Below the pieces are notes generated by a model, which searched no databases, had not been told where the DNA came from, and saw nothing but the letters and a program-made list of their open reading frames with translations. 64,000 nucleotides of DNA from Patescibacteria group bacterium (lineage in GTDB: Bacteria > Patescibacteriota > Minisyncoccia > Phycocordibacterales > Phycocordibacteraceae): the NCBI GenBank assembly GCA_040390125.1, contig JAZJYZ010000001.1, forward strand, positions 570,396 to 634,395, read 5' to 3'. The translations under genes and the position numbers were made by a program. This document shows positions 10,142 to 18,116 of this stretch, one piece after another (the stretch's first letter is position 1; every line of letters begins with the position of its first letter).

Positions 10142-10303
10142 TTATCCTGCAACAGCAAGTGCGACGCCCAAGTAATACGGCCACACGACGACTGCCAACA
10201 CTCCTTCCCAGAAGCTCAAGTGCAAGTAGCCAATGGTGAAGAGCCAAGCCGCAATCCAGAATCCTCCTGAGAGTGTGTGATGTTCTATTTTTATTTTATC
10301 CAT
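10142..10303 (-). CDS. Small hydrophobic ORF (53 aa) leading the DUF4396 gene
   Basis: Reverse translation MDKIKIEHHTLSGGFWIAAWLFTIGYLHLSFWEGVLAVVVWPYYLGVALAVAG. It is below the ORF-track size cutoff, and coordinates are hand-derived. Confidence 0.3.
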   Translation of the reverse strand: MDKIKIEHHTLSGGFWIAAWLFTIGYLHLSFWEGVLAVVVWPYYLGVALAVAG

Positions 10304-10328
10304 ACTTTTAAGATGCATTACATACTAA

Positions 10329-10538
10329 TCATTGAGTAATAAGACGTTCCGGCACAATGAATGTTGCAACGATGTACGCAAGGACCCCTGGCACAAAGCC
10401 GGTAAAGATCACGACCAAGAGCCAGATGACTCGTATGAGCACAGGATCGATATCAAAATACTCCCCTACTCCACCGCAAATACCTGCGAGTACTTTGTCC
10501 GTGGAGCTTTTGTAGAGTCTTTTTGGTTTTGTGTGCAT
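10329..10538 (-). CDS. PspC domain-containing protein
   Basis: 69 aa; LAGICGGVGEYFDIDPVLIRVIWLL is the PspC domain signature, followed by a TM helix. Confidence 0.75.
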   Translation of the reverse strand: MHTKPKRLYKSSTDKVLAGICGGVGEYFDIDPVLIRVIWLLVVIFTGFVPGVLAYIVATFIVPERLITQ

Positions 10539-10579
10539 GGCATGAAGTATTATCTCTGAGGTAATAGTACACCTTCCAT

Positions 10580-10630
10580 GTATAAAATTTGCAAACCGTA
10601 ATTATTGACATTCTTGTTAAACGTATTATA
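10580..10630 (+). promoter_or_regulatory. Sigma-70-like promoter upstream of ORF 10639
   Basis: TTGACA ... TATTAT/ATATTT at about 17-bp spacing in an AT-rich leader. A similar TTGACAT...TACA arrangement recurs at 11150-11195 upstream of the paralog at 11199. Confidence 0.4.
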
Positions 10631-10638
10631 TTTTAAAA

Positions 10639-10902
10639 ATGCTAGAAGAAAACAGCAAACTAAGAAGATTACGGATTAGACTAGAACGTAGCAACGAAAG
10701 CGTTGGCGAGGGCCACGTTCGACAAGAAGCCGGTTGGATGGTTTGCGATGTAGTGGTTTCCGGACCAGAAGGCGAAAAGACATTAACCTTTCAGCCTGAC
10801 TCATCTAATCGATTAGACCGAATAGATAGGACTGGTCACGTATCTGGAAGACTGAGAGATGCTGCACTATTTGCTGCAAAAAAAGCTTTGGGAATTTTAT
10901 AA
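10639..10902 (+). CDS. Hypothetical small protein (paralog 1 of a duplicated pair)
   Basis: 87 aa. The C-terminal ...GRLRDAALFAAKKALG aligns with ...GILRAALLEAKKVFKG of ORF 11199..11483. A W/C/V.S.G.T..L.F core is shared. Confidence 0.5.
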   Translation: MLEENSKLRRLRIRLERSNESVGEGHVRQEAGWMVCDVVVSGPEGEKTLTFQPDSSNRLDRIDRTGHVSGRLRDAALFAAKKALGIL

Positions 10903-10934
10903 CAAAGATAGCAAGACAGTTCGTGAGATAATCA

Positions 10935-11138
10935 TTGAACGTGAGCGATGAAAAAATCATGCGTGCTCGAATTGAGCGTTTTTCGCTTTGGCTCGGCAAA
11001 CAACCTGCTTCAGTAGCTCGAGCAAGAGAGTTTTTAAGATTTATGCAAATTGATATGTCCCCCGATGAACTCGTTAGGGCTTTGCAATTAAAGCGAGATC
11101 CAAAGATGAATGCACACAAACAGTTCGAGATGTTTTGA
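10935..11138 (+). CDS. Hypothetical small protein between the two paralogs
   Basis: 67-aa ORF, same strand, no recognisable domain. Confidence 0.35.
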   Translation: MNVSDEKIMRARIERFSLWLGKQPASVARAREFLRFMQIDMSPDELVRALQLKRDPKMNAHKQFEMF

Positions 11139-11198
11139 AGTAAAAAATGTAACTCAAGTAACTTTTGACATCTTTAACAAATACATTACAGTACCCGA

Positions 11199-11483
11199 AT
11201 GAGTATCGACGGTAGATTCGCCCGTGGGCACATACCCTCCCCTGGTGCAACTTTAGAAAGAGGCGAAACCGTACAAGCTATCGGAAGATGGTGGCCGGAA
11301 GGAGCTGACAAATGTTGCACAATTCGTGTCACCAGTCGAGGTAGAACTGTAAATCTGCAATTTGTTCTTCGTCCCTTCTGGGACACCCCAAGACGAGTAG
11401 ATAATAATGGAAAAATGACTGACGGCATTTTGCGTGCCGCACTACTAGAGGCTAAAAAGGTTTTTAAAGGTAACTCTGACTGA
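11199..11483 (+). CDS. Hypothetical small protein (paralog 2)
   Basis: 94 aa, alignable to ORF 10639..10902, with its own TTGACA-type promoter upstream. Confidence 0.5.
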   Translation: MSIDGRFARGHIPSPGATLERGETVQAIGRWWPEGADKCCTIRVTSRGRTVNLQFVLRPFWDTPRRVDNNGKMTDGILRAALLEAKKVFKGNSD

Positions 11484-11509
11484 CCCACTGTCACTCAAAA
11501 GGCTACGTG

Positions 11510-12883
11510 TTATTTAGGACGAGCCACCACCTTCGCCTCTGTCACTTCTTCAAATCCCCACCGTCCGTGCAAACGGCCTAAGCCTGAGCGTTTGTAGCCA
11601 CCAAAAGGATTCATTGGTCGCACATAGCTCACGCCATTTATACTCACCATTCCAGTTTTGAGAGACGCACTCACTCTTTCTGCCTTTACCTTGTCCTTCG
11701 TGTACACATACGCACCAAGACCGTAGTCAGTATCATTCGCAAGTATTACTGCCTCTTCTTCGGTTTTGAATTTGATGATTGGAAGCACAGGGCCAAACAC
11801 TTCTTCCTGCCACACTCGCATGGTTGGAGTGATGTTAATGAGAAGTGTGGGCTCATAGTATGCACCAAGTAGCCCTGGCTGTTTGCCTCCTGTAAGTACA
11901 AAGGCACCCTTGCCTACCGCATCTGCCACTTGAAGCTCGAGGGTATTCAATTGTTGCTTGGAAGCCAAGGGTCCCATTGTTGTGGTCGGACTCATGGGAT
12001 CACCTAAGCGAACAAGGGTATCCAATCTTCCTTTGAGCATCTGCAACATCTTGTCCCACACATTTTCGTGCACCAACAAACGCTTCAGCGCATCACACGA
12101 CTGCCCTGCATTCAAGAATCGAGAATGATATATACTCCCCACTGCCACATCCAAGTCAGCATCTTCAAACACTATCCCTGGTGCAGAGCCCCCAAGTTCC
12201 ATCACAATTTTCTTCATACCCGCCCCTGCAGTGCGATACAAAGATTCGCCCGCAAGTGTGCTCCCGGTAAAACAAATGAGGTCTATATTTTGGCGTGCTA
12301 AAAGTGCACCCACAGGCCCTTTCCCATACACCTCACTAAAGACTCCGAGAGGTACACCGCTTTCTTTCAGTATCTTTTCAATGAGCTGTCCGCACAGGGG
12401 CACTTCTTCAGAGTGTTTAAAAACTACCGTATTGCCCGCAATCAAGTTCTGTCCACATCCCCAGACGAAATTTGATGCAGGATAATTCCATGGCACGATT
12501 ATACCCACAACGCCCCGAGGCTCACGGTACACAGTGTGAATCTCCTCGCTATTTTCATAGGTAACTTCAGGAGCGAGATATTTTGGAGCGTTATCCAAAT
12601 ACCAAGAAAAGTAGCGAAGCGCATCTTGCACGTCTTCCCTGCTCTCCTTGATAGGCATGCCCATCTCTTTGGTGGCAAGTGTGGCAAACTCTTCCGCCCT
12701 TGAGTTGAGGTTTTGAACGACTCTACGAAGGATTTCGGAGCGACCGGCAACTCCGAGAGCACGCCAGGCAGGGCTCGCATCTCTTGCAGCCTTTACTTTT
12801 GCGATTATCTCTTCTCCCGTTGAAATAGCGATTGAGCCTAGAATCGAGAAGTCATGCGGGCTCATGGAGCGGAAACGCTTCAT
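11510..12883 (-). CDS. NAD(P)-dependent aldehyde dehydrogenase
   Basis: 457 aa with FTGSTLAGESL, ELGGSAPGIVFEDAD and NAGQSCDA (catalytic Cys) motifs. Confidence 0.9.
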   Translation of the reverse strand: MKRFRSMSPHDFSILGSIAISTGEEIIAKVKAARDASPAWRALGVAGRSEILRRVVQNLNSRAEEFATLATKEMGMPIKESREDVQDALRYFSWYLDNAPKYLAPEVTYENSEEIHTVYREPRGVVGIIVPWNYPASNFVWGCGQNLIAGNTVVFKHSEEVPLCGQLIEKILKESGVPLGVFSEVYGKGPVGALLARQNIDLICFTGSTLAGESLYRTAGAGMKKIVMELGGSAPGIVFEDADLDVAVGSIYHSRFLNAGQSCDALKRLLVHENVWDKMLQMLKGRLDTLVRLGDPMSPTTTMGPLASKQQLNTLELQVADAVGKGAFVLTGGKQPGLLGAYYEPTLLINITPTMRVWQEEVFGPVLPIIKFKTEEEAVILANDTDYGLGAYVYTKDKVKAERVSASLKTGMVSINGVSYVRPMNPFGGYKRSGLGRLHGRWGFEEVTEAKVVARPK

Positions 12884-13004
12884 GAGGGGAATTATACGCT
12901 GGGGGTGAGAGAGGGAGTGGGTTTATTCACTGATGGTCTTTCCTCTAGGAGAAATGGTGATTGTTCGCATTTCCACATTCCCCTTACAAGATTGCATCGT
13001 TAGA

Positions 13005-15707
13005 TTAGTTTTCAGGATTAGGTGTTTCGTACAGCCCGTTCGCTGTGAGCACAGCTTTTAGCGTTTCCGGATCATCTTTTATCTCAAACCTCTGTTTGAG
13101 ACGTTCGTGATTCATAACCTCATTCCCACCCCAGAATGCGGCTTTAGCGAGGAGCTCCTTACTTACTTTTGCTCTTTTGGTGATTACCACTAAATCCCCC
13201 AAAGGAATATAGATATTGAAATTACCTTTGTCGTCCCACACAAACCAGTCTCTTGAATTCAAAACATCTTCATAAGAACGCCAGCCCTGTTGCAATGGAA
13301 AATTCTTCCAAAGTACCTCTAATGCCCTCGGGTGTCTTTCCAGTGTACGTGTTGCGGAGTTTCGCATTTGTTTAATACCTAACCGATCATCTTTTTTACC
13401 CGACCATGTCTGATATAAAACAAAGAACGGATGATCTTCTTTTGAGAAGATATCTTGTTTGCCATCAAAATACCTTTCTTTTACCTCACCAAAGACGTGT
13501 TTGATCGAACTTTTTATTTCTTCCTCGTATCCTTTACTTCTCAAGGTTTGCAAGGCGAAAGAAAGGCGTGCATGAACGCTACCAGAGCCCCTAGTGTTAT
13601 TCCCGAAAGAGTTGAGAATAGTAAGCTTCACGTAACTTTGAACATCTTTACTGTAAAATATCTCTTTCAAAAGATCCCAAACTTCTTTCAATTCTTCTGA
13701 CGGCTCTACAATTTGTGGCTCCTGCTCAATAATTGCTAGAGCAAGAAAGATAGCTCTGTAAATCGCATCCTGGTAAACAGAATCCCATTCAGTGTTTTTT
13801 TCTATTGAAAAAGCTTGATCCTTCTTTGTGGACTTGTGAATCAGTCGCCTAATAACTTCCCGAAGAGTCTCTAAAAGCTTTTCCTTGTTGTTAACTTGGC
13901 TTTGAGAAAGGAATCTTGCATACAAAGCCAATTCATCGCCCGGAAGAGCCTTTATAACAGAAGCCCCTTTTGAAATATGCTGATCGTAGATTTCGCGACT
14001 GATCCGATACGTACTCTTATTTTGAGGGGACTCCTTAGTAAAAGTGAGCCACTCTAGCATTTTTTCCGGATCAGAGGTTGAACGAGAATCCCAATACTTC
14101 TGTCTGCCTATGTCAGTCATTTCTGGTGAAGACGGAAATTCTATCCATCTATGAGCCACTAGAGTCAAGAGATCGCCTATATGTTTCTGTTTTTCTGCCG
14201 GTACATCAATACCCATTTCATGCTTTATCCAGCGAAAAATATCACTGATTTTTTCTTCCTGTAGATTTTTTCTATAAAAATACGATCGCATCCCTCCATT
14301 GTTGACGTACTCAGAATACGGACGTACATGTTCAATGGTTTTTCTTATAAAATCAATAAGATACGGAAATCGTATTTTGATGTACTCCAAAACAATTAAG
14401 TCAGCCAATCTAATTGGTAAGCCTAATTTTTTGTCTTCTGAAGAAAACATGGACAGGAAGAATCTAACCGAATTCATCGTTCTTACGAAAGCACGTGGAG
14501 TTTCATCTATAAACACACTAAGTGCAAACTGAAGGGCTGTTTTATCGTCTTCTTGAAAACTTCCATGCGGGAATGAGGAGATACCATATATCTCATGTGA
14601 CCCTACTTTCTTAATCTCTCTCTCCATCAGGCCTTGAGAATCAGTCATCTGATCAAACAAAGTTTTAATGAAAATCTGCTTTTGAAAGGTTGACGGGGTC
14701 GGAATAAAAATCTGAGTTCCTATACTCTTTGGATCATCAAATACAAATTTCCCGACTAGCGCCCCTTTTTCAGATACATTATTGGTTATCACGTCCTGTA
14801 AATCTCGTGGTGAGATGCAGAGAAGAAATACGATTTGTACTGGCAAACCGCCTCTGCCTTCATATTTGAAACGTTCAATAATTTCTATGACGCGATAGAT
14901 TTCCTCCAAATGAGCTCTCTCAAGCTCATCAACAACCACAATGAATTGTCTTTCAGAAAAAAGAGGGATGTTGCCGAAAAATTTTCCAACTCTCCGAGAA
15001 CAGAGTTGCGGATTATTTACCGGGTCCAAGTATTTGTCCCAGACCTTTGCTTTTGTGGGGAATAGTCCGATCCCGTTCAAAGTCAGAAAACGGATAAGTT
15101 CGGCGAATAAACCGTTCTTTGATTCTCTCAAAATAGCTTCCATGACAGGAAGTTGATCTGTCCAACCCAACCTGAAAGGATAGTTTTTTCCTATGGCTTC
15201 AAACCATCGTTCTTGAAAGAGCTTCTCAAAATCTTTTGTTTCGTTCGTTTCTGTGAGAGAAATGTAGCTGTATAACAATGAATCTTTCTTCATCTGCTCA
15301 ACGATCATCCTAGTCAGAGAAGACTTGCCACTGCCCATCTCACCAAAAATACCAACAACACTTACGTAGTCTTCAAGTTCCTGAATGCTTTTTGCATAAT
15401 TCTTTGAAGGAACTTTGAAGTCTAATAAATCTCGTCCAAGTCCAACCGACCAAGGGGAAAACCTAAAACCTCTGTAGGATAAGTTTTTATTGAAAATAGA
15501 TAATCCTGCCAGTGCAACTCCGAGGATAAAAAAACCTAGCAAGGTGATTTCAACTTCTGCGGTTATCCATTTCCCAATATAATGAACTCCCCAGAAGGTA
15601 AAGGTTATAAAAGTAAGTATTATGAAAAGAAGCCATGTTATAGAAAGGAAACGGTATTGTCTCCAAACGTATTTCAGTAAATCCAGAAGTCTCTTCATTA
15701 ACTCCAT
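13005..15707 (-). CDS. Membrane-anchored KAP-family P-loop NTPase (PifA/Tmn-like), 900 aa
   Basis: Two N-terminal TM helices, then Walker A GIFGEMGSGKSSL (KAP-type GxWGxGKS variant), Walker B FIVVVDELERAH (KAP-type hhhhDDLDR variant) and a large alpha-helical C-terminal region. Local AT content looks higher than in neighbouring housekeeping genes. Confidence 0.65.
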   Translation of the reverse strand: MELMKRLLDLLKYVWRQYRFLSITWLLFIILTFITFTFWGVHYIGKWITAEVEITLLGFFILGVALAGLSIFNKNLSYRGFRFSPWSVGLGRDLLDFKVPSKNYAKSIQELEDYVSVVGIFGEMGSGKSSLTRMIVEQMKKDSLLYSYISLTETNETKDFEKLFQERWFEAIGKNYPFRLGWTDQLPVMEAILRESKNGLFAELIRFLTLNGIGLFPTKAKVWDKYLDPVNNPQLCSRRVGKFFGNIPLFSERQFIVVVDELERAHLEEIYRVIEIIERFKYEGRGGLPVQIVFLLCISPRDLQDVITNNVSEKGALVGKFVFDDPKSIGTQIFIPTPSTFQKQIFIKTLFDQMTDSQGLMEREIKKVGSHEIYGISSFPHGSFQEDDKTALQFALSVFIDETPRAFVRTMNSVRFFLSMFSSEDKKLGLPIRLADLIVLEYIKIRFPYLIDFIRKTIEHVRPYSEYVNNGGMRSYFYRKNLQEEKISDIFRWIKHEMGIDVPAEKQKHIGDLLTLVAHRWIEFPSSPEMTDIGRQKYWDSRSTSDPEKMLEWLTFTKESPQNKSTYRISREIYDQHISKGASVIKALPGDELALYARFLSQSQVNNKEKLLETLREVIRRLIHKSTKKDQAFSIEKNTEWDSVYQDAIYRAIFLALAIIEQEPQIVEPSEELKEVWDLLKEIFYSKDVQSYVKLTILNSFGNNTRGSGSVHARLSFALQTLRSKGYEEEIKSSIKHVFGEVKERYFDGKQDIFSKEDHPFFVLYQTWSGKKDDRLGIKQMRNSATRTLERHPRALEVLWKNFPLQQGWRSYEDVLNSRDWFVWDDKGNFNIYIPLGDLVVITKRAKVSKELLAKAAFWGGNEVMNHERLKQRFEIKDDPETLKAVLTANGLYETPNPEN

Positions 15708-15828
15708 ATTCTCATATTACTGCGCAATCTGCCTTCTTACCCAAATGAAGTACTCATAAAATGAAGAAACGGAGTAAATCACCTTTTCTTAAGCCTCACG
15801 GGGAAACCAATCATGGCTCTAGTAATAC

Positions 15829-16386
15829 CTATTTTAAATACTGAAACGGCACCAAATCTACTTTAGCAAATAAACGCTGTGAACTAGATTCTTTTATCAT
15901 ACCCATTGAAGGTGCACCCGCAAAACCTATGTACTCAACCTCCTTTTTCTTTCCATTTCTAACATATTTAATTGCTGGAATCAGGTCGGTATCCGAACTA
16001 ATTACAATAGCAACATCATATAAATTGTCGGCCGCTCCTATGACTAAATCAACAGCTAACTTAACATCAACTCCTTTCTCTCTTATCTTTCCACTGTCGT
16101 ACATAATCTTCCCTGATTTCACCTCGAAACCCGATGTTCGCAAGGCTTCCAGAAACATCTGTTGTTTCTTTACACGATTTTCACCTTCAGATGTATTGTC
16201 ATAATTTTTAACAATTCCAACATAGTATCTTTTAGATACTAAATCTCTTGCTCCAACAATATGTGAAATAAATGCCGAATGATCGAACTTCTTTCCAAGT
16301 TCTGGGAGTCCGAAGGCTTTCAATCTATTGTAAGTATTACTACCATCAATATAAACAGCGACTCTCTGTTTTTTATTGAATATCAT
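15829..16386 (-). CDS. NYN domain (LabA-like, PIN-fold) ribonuclease
   Basis: 185 aa with VAVYIDGSNTY (first acidic motif) and VISSDTDLIPAIKYVR (SxDxD motif), both NYN/DUF88 hallmarks. Confidence 0.8.
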   Translation of the reverse strand: MIFNKKQRVAVYIDGSNTYNRLKAFGLPELGKKFDHSAFISHIVGARDLVSKRYYVGIVKNYDNTSEGENRVKKQQMFLEALRTSGFEVKSGKIMYDSGKIREKGVDVKLAVDLVIGAADNLYDVAIVISSDTDLIPAIKYVRNGKKKEVEYIGFAGAPSMGMIKESSSQRLFAKVDLVPFQYLK

Positions 16387-16561
16387 TAGACCATCATATC
16401 AAAAGAAACCACCCCTGCCCGAAGGACAGAGGTGGTGAGGTTAGAAATATATTTTACCACTATATGAAATATTTTACTAGAGACTATGTGAATAGCCCAC
16501 AAGGCATCTCTATTTTGTCTTTAGTGTCCATGAAATGGGGTCAGCCACCATTTCTCACGGA

Positions 16562-16913
16562 TTAGCCACCATCTTTACGTGTATGAACAGCTATATTTTC
16601 AATTTTTCCTATAGGGGGAGATAAACGAGCACGAGAAGCATAGTGTTTTGCAACGGGGAAAGGAAAAACAAACCTCGAATCCGTTTTTACGTCAGTAAAT
16701 CGATTATTGCCCTCGAGAAAATGAGCTACCTCGTGAGCTTTACGAAACACAGTGTCTAAAAAGAGATAATCAAAAAAAATATGTGCAGTGCTCCCTTCAA
16801 TTTCTAGAGTGCTTTCTTCTCTGCCTGGAAACAAATTCTTTACTTGTGCTTCTATCGTTGATTTCATGAGGGGTTTATTATACATATCTTTTATACTTAA
16901 GTCAAAACACATT
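16562..16913 (-). CDS. Small HExxH-motif protein (possible ImmA/IrrE-like metallopeptidase fragment)
   Basis: The ORF track starts at a TTG (17002) inside a hairpin-rich region, so the start is more likely ATG at about 16913 (MCFDLSIKD...). It contains FRKAHEVAHFLEG. A hairpin plus T-rich tail follows at 16405-16440. Confidence 0.35.
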
Positions 16914-17192
16914 TTCTGACAAGAAAAATGGTGACGGGCACCATTTCTTAAACCTTGCGGGGAAACGGCAAGTTTTGGGGTCACTTGTGGCCCACAACTC
17001 AAAACTTTGCCGTCGCAGAGTATTTAAATACTCTGCTTGGGGTCACTTGTGGTCATCCGTCACTAAGTATTTTGTTTCGGAAACTCACAAAATACTAAGT
17101 GCGCTCGACCCCGCCTCGCCCGTCGCAGGCGACATGGCTCCGGCTGTCACAAAGTCAAAAAAATGCCGAGCAGTCGGCATGTTTTTGTACTT

Positions 17193-17213
17193 TGTGACCC
17201 CACGGAGAATCGC
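17193..17213 (-). repeat. Direct repeat of the tRNA-Glu 3' end (18/20 nt identical over T-loop to acceptor), att-like
   Basis: The reverse complement of 17193-17213 is GGCGATTCTCCGTGGGGTCAC, against tRNA ...TCGATTCCCCGTGGGGTCAC. It has the same orientation as the tRNA and lies 130 bp from its 3' end. Confidence 0.45.
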
Positions 17214-17343
17214 CTCTCGTCGTTGCTACGACTCGAAACCTACGGTCGCTCTTCGCTCCCTGCGGCCCGCGGTTCGATTCCCAGCTGGAGTATTCTCCAG
17301 ACACAAGAAAACGCCCGCTTCTGAAGCGGGAATTTTTCTTGTG

Positions 17344-17418
17344 TGGTGACCCCACGGGGAATCGAACCCCGATTCCATCCTTGAGAAGGATGTGTCCTAA
17401 CCGTTAGACGATAGGGCC
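17344..17418 (-). tRNA. tRNA-Glu (anticodon CUC), CCA encoded
   Basis: Folded by hand: acceptor GGCCCUA/UGGGGUC, D-stem GUCU/GGAC, anticodon stem CAUCC/GGAUG with loop UUCUCAA, T-arm CGGGG-UUCGAUU-CCCCG, discriminator A, CCA. A hairpin terminator follows at 17311-17340. Confidence 0.85.
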
Positions 17419-17611
17419 AGTTTAAATAGCTTACAGCTTTCAGGTGCCAGCTTTCAGCTTAAAATACAGCATCCAAGAGGTTTTCTCAATCCCCCACCCT
17501 CACCACTTCTTATTTTTCTATTCCAACTTGGTTATAGTATCAAGTTGGAAAGAAAAAGAAGTTAGTTTTTCTTATAATCCCTTCAGATCCGAGATGAAGA
17601 GAACTAGCTTC

Positions 17612-17962
17612 TCATTCCACAACTACAAGATGAGGTCTTTTGGGAGGTTTGGTCGGAGCGGGTTGAGATGCTTTTCTTGCTTCATCTGCTCTATCCTCTC
17701 TTCCCTCCTCTATCACACCTAACCTAGACATGACCTTTCCAATATGCTCAAACTCTTTTACAAGCGCCCCTCGCTTTCCCGATGTATTTGCACCCAAGGC
17801 TCGCTGAATCAAATTGGATAACCGTAGAGTATTCCTTGCGGATAGATGATCTGTGCGGTTGAGGATTATTTCGATATCAGCAAATGCCGCATCATTCAAC
17901 CACTCTACGAACTCTCTCGCTTCGCTTAATTTGTCCTCAAGTCTTTCTCTTTTTATTACCAT
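17612..17962 (-). CDS. Hypothetical protein flanked by heptamer-type inverted repeats
   Basis: The ORF opens at 18007, with a plausible start at MVIKRERLED. It has no clear domain and is bracketed by inverted heptamer arms at 17431-17460 and 18078-18112. Confidence 0.4.
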   Translation of the reverse strand: MVIKRERLEDKLSEAREFVEWLNDAAFADIEIILNRTDHLSARNTLRLSNLIQRALGANTSGKRGALVKEFEHIGKVMSRLGVIEEGREDRADEARKASQPAPTKPPKRPHLVVVE

Positions 17963-18116
17963 TTCTTTGATAAGTAGGATACCTACTATGTGTCCATAAT
18001 AAAACAAAAATATAAAATGTCAAAGAAATCTAACCTGGGGTATTACGCAAAGCAAATAACTTCTCCCTCCTCCCCAAAAGCTGGAAGCTGACAGCTGGAA
18101 CCTGAAAGCTTATCTT

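Noticed and set aside
16914-17002. N-terminal 30 codons of ORF 16562..17002 starting at TTG
   Set aside because: The start codon is TTG and the region overlaps the hairpin and tRNA-fragment block. The downstream ATG (about 16913) is more plausible.
17261-17300. Plus-strand tRNA-like T-loop GGTTCGATTCCC, considered as a second tRNA or tmRNA 3' end
   Set aside because: The flanking 5 nt on each side cannot pair as a T-stem (CGCGG versus CCCAG). No acceptor or anticodon arms can be drawn. It is treated as a tRNA-Glu fragment.
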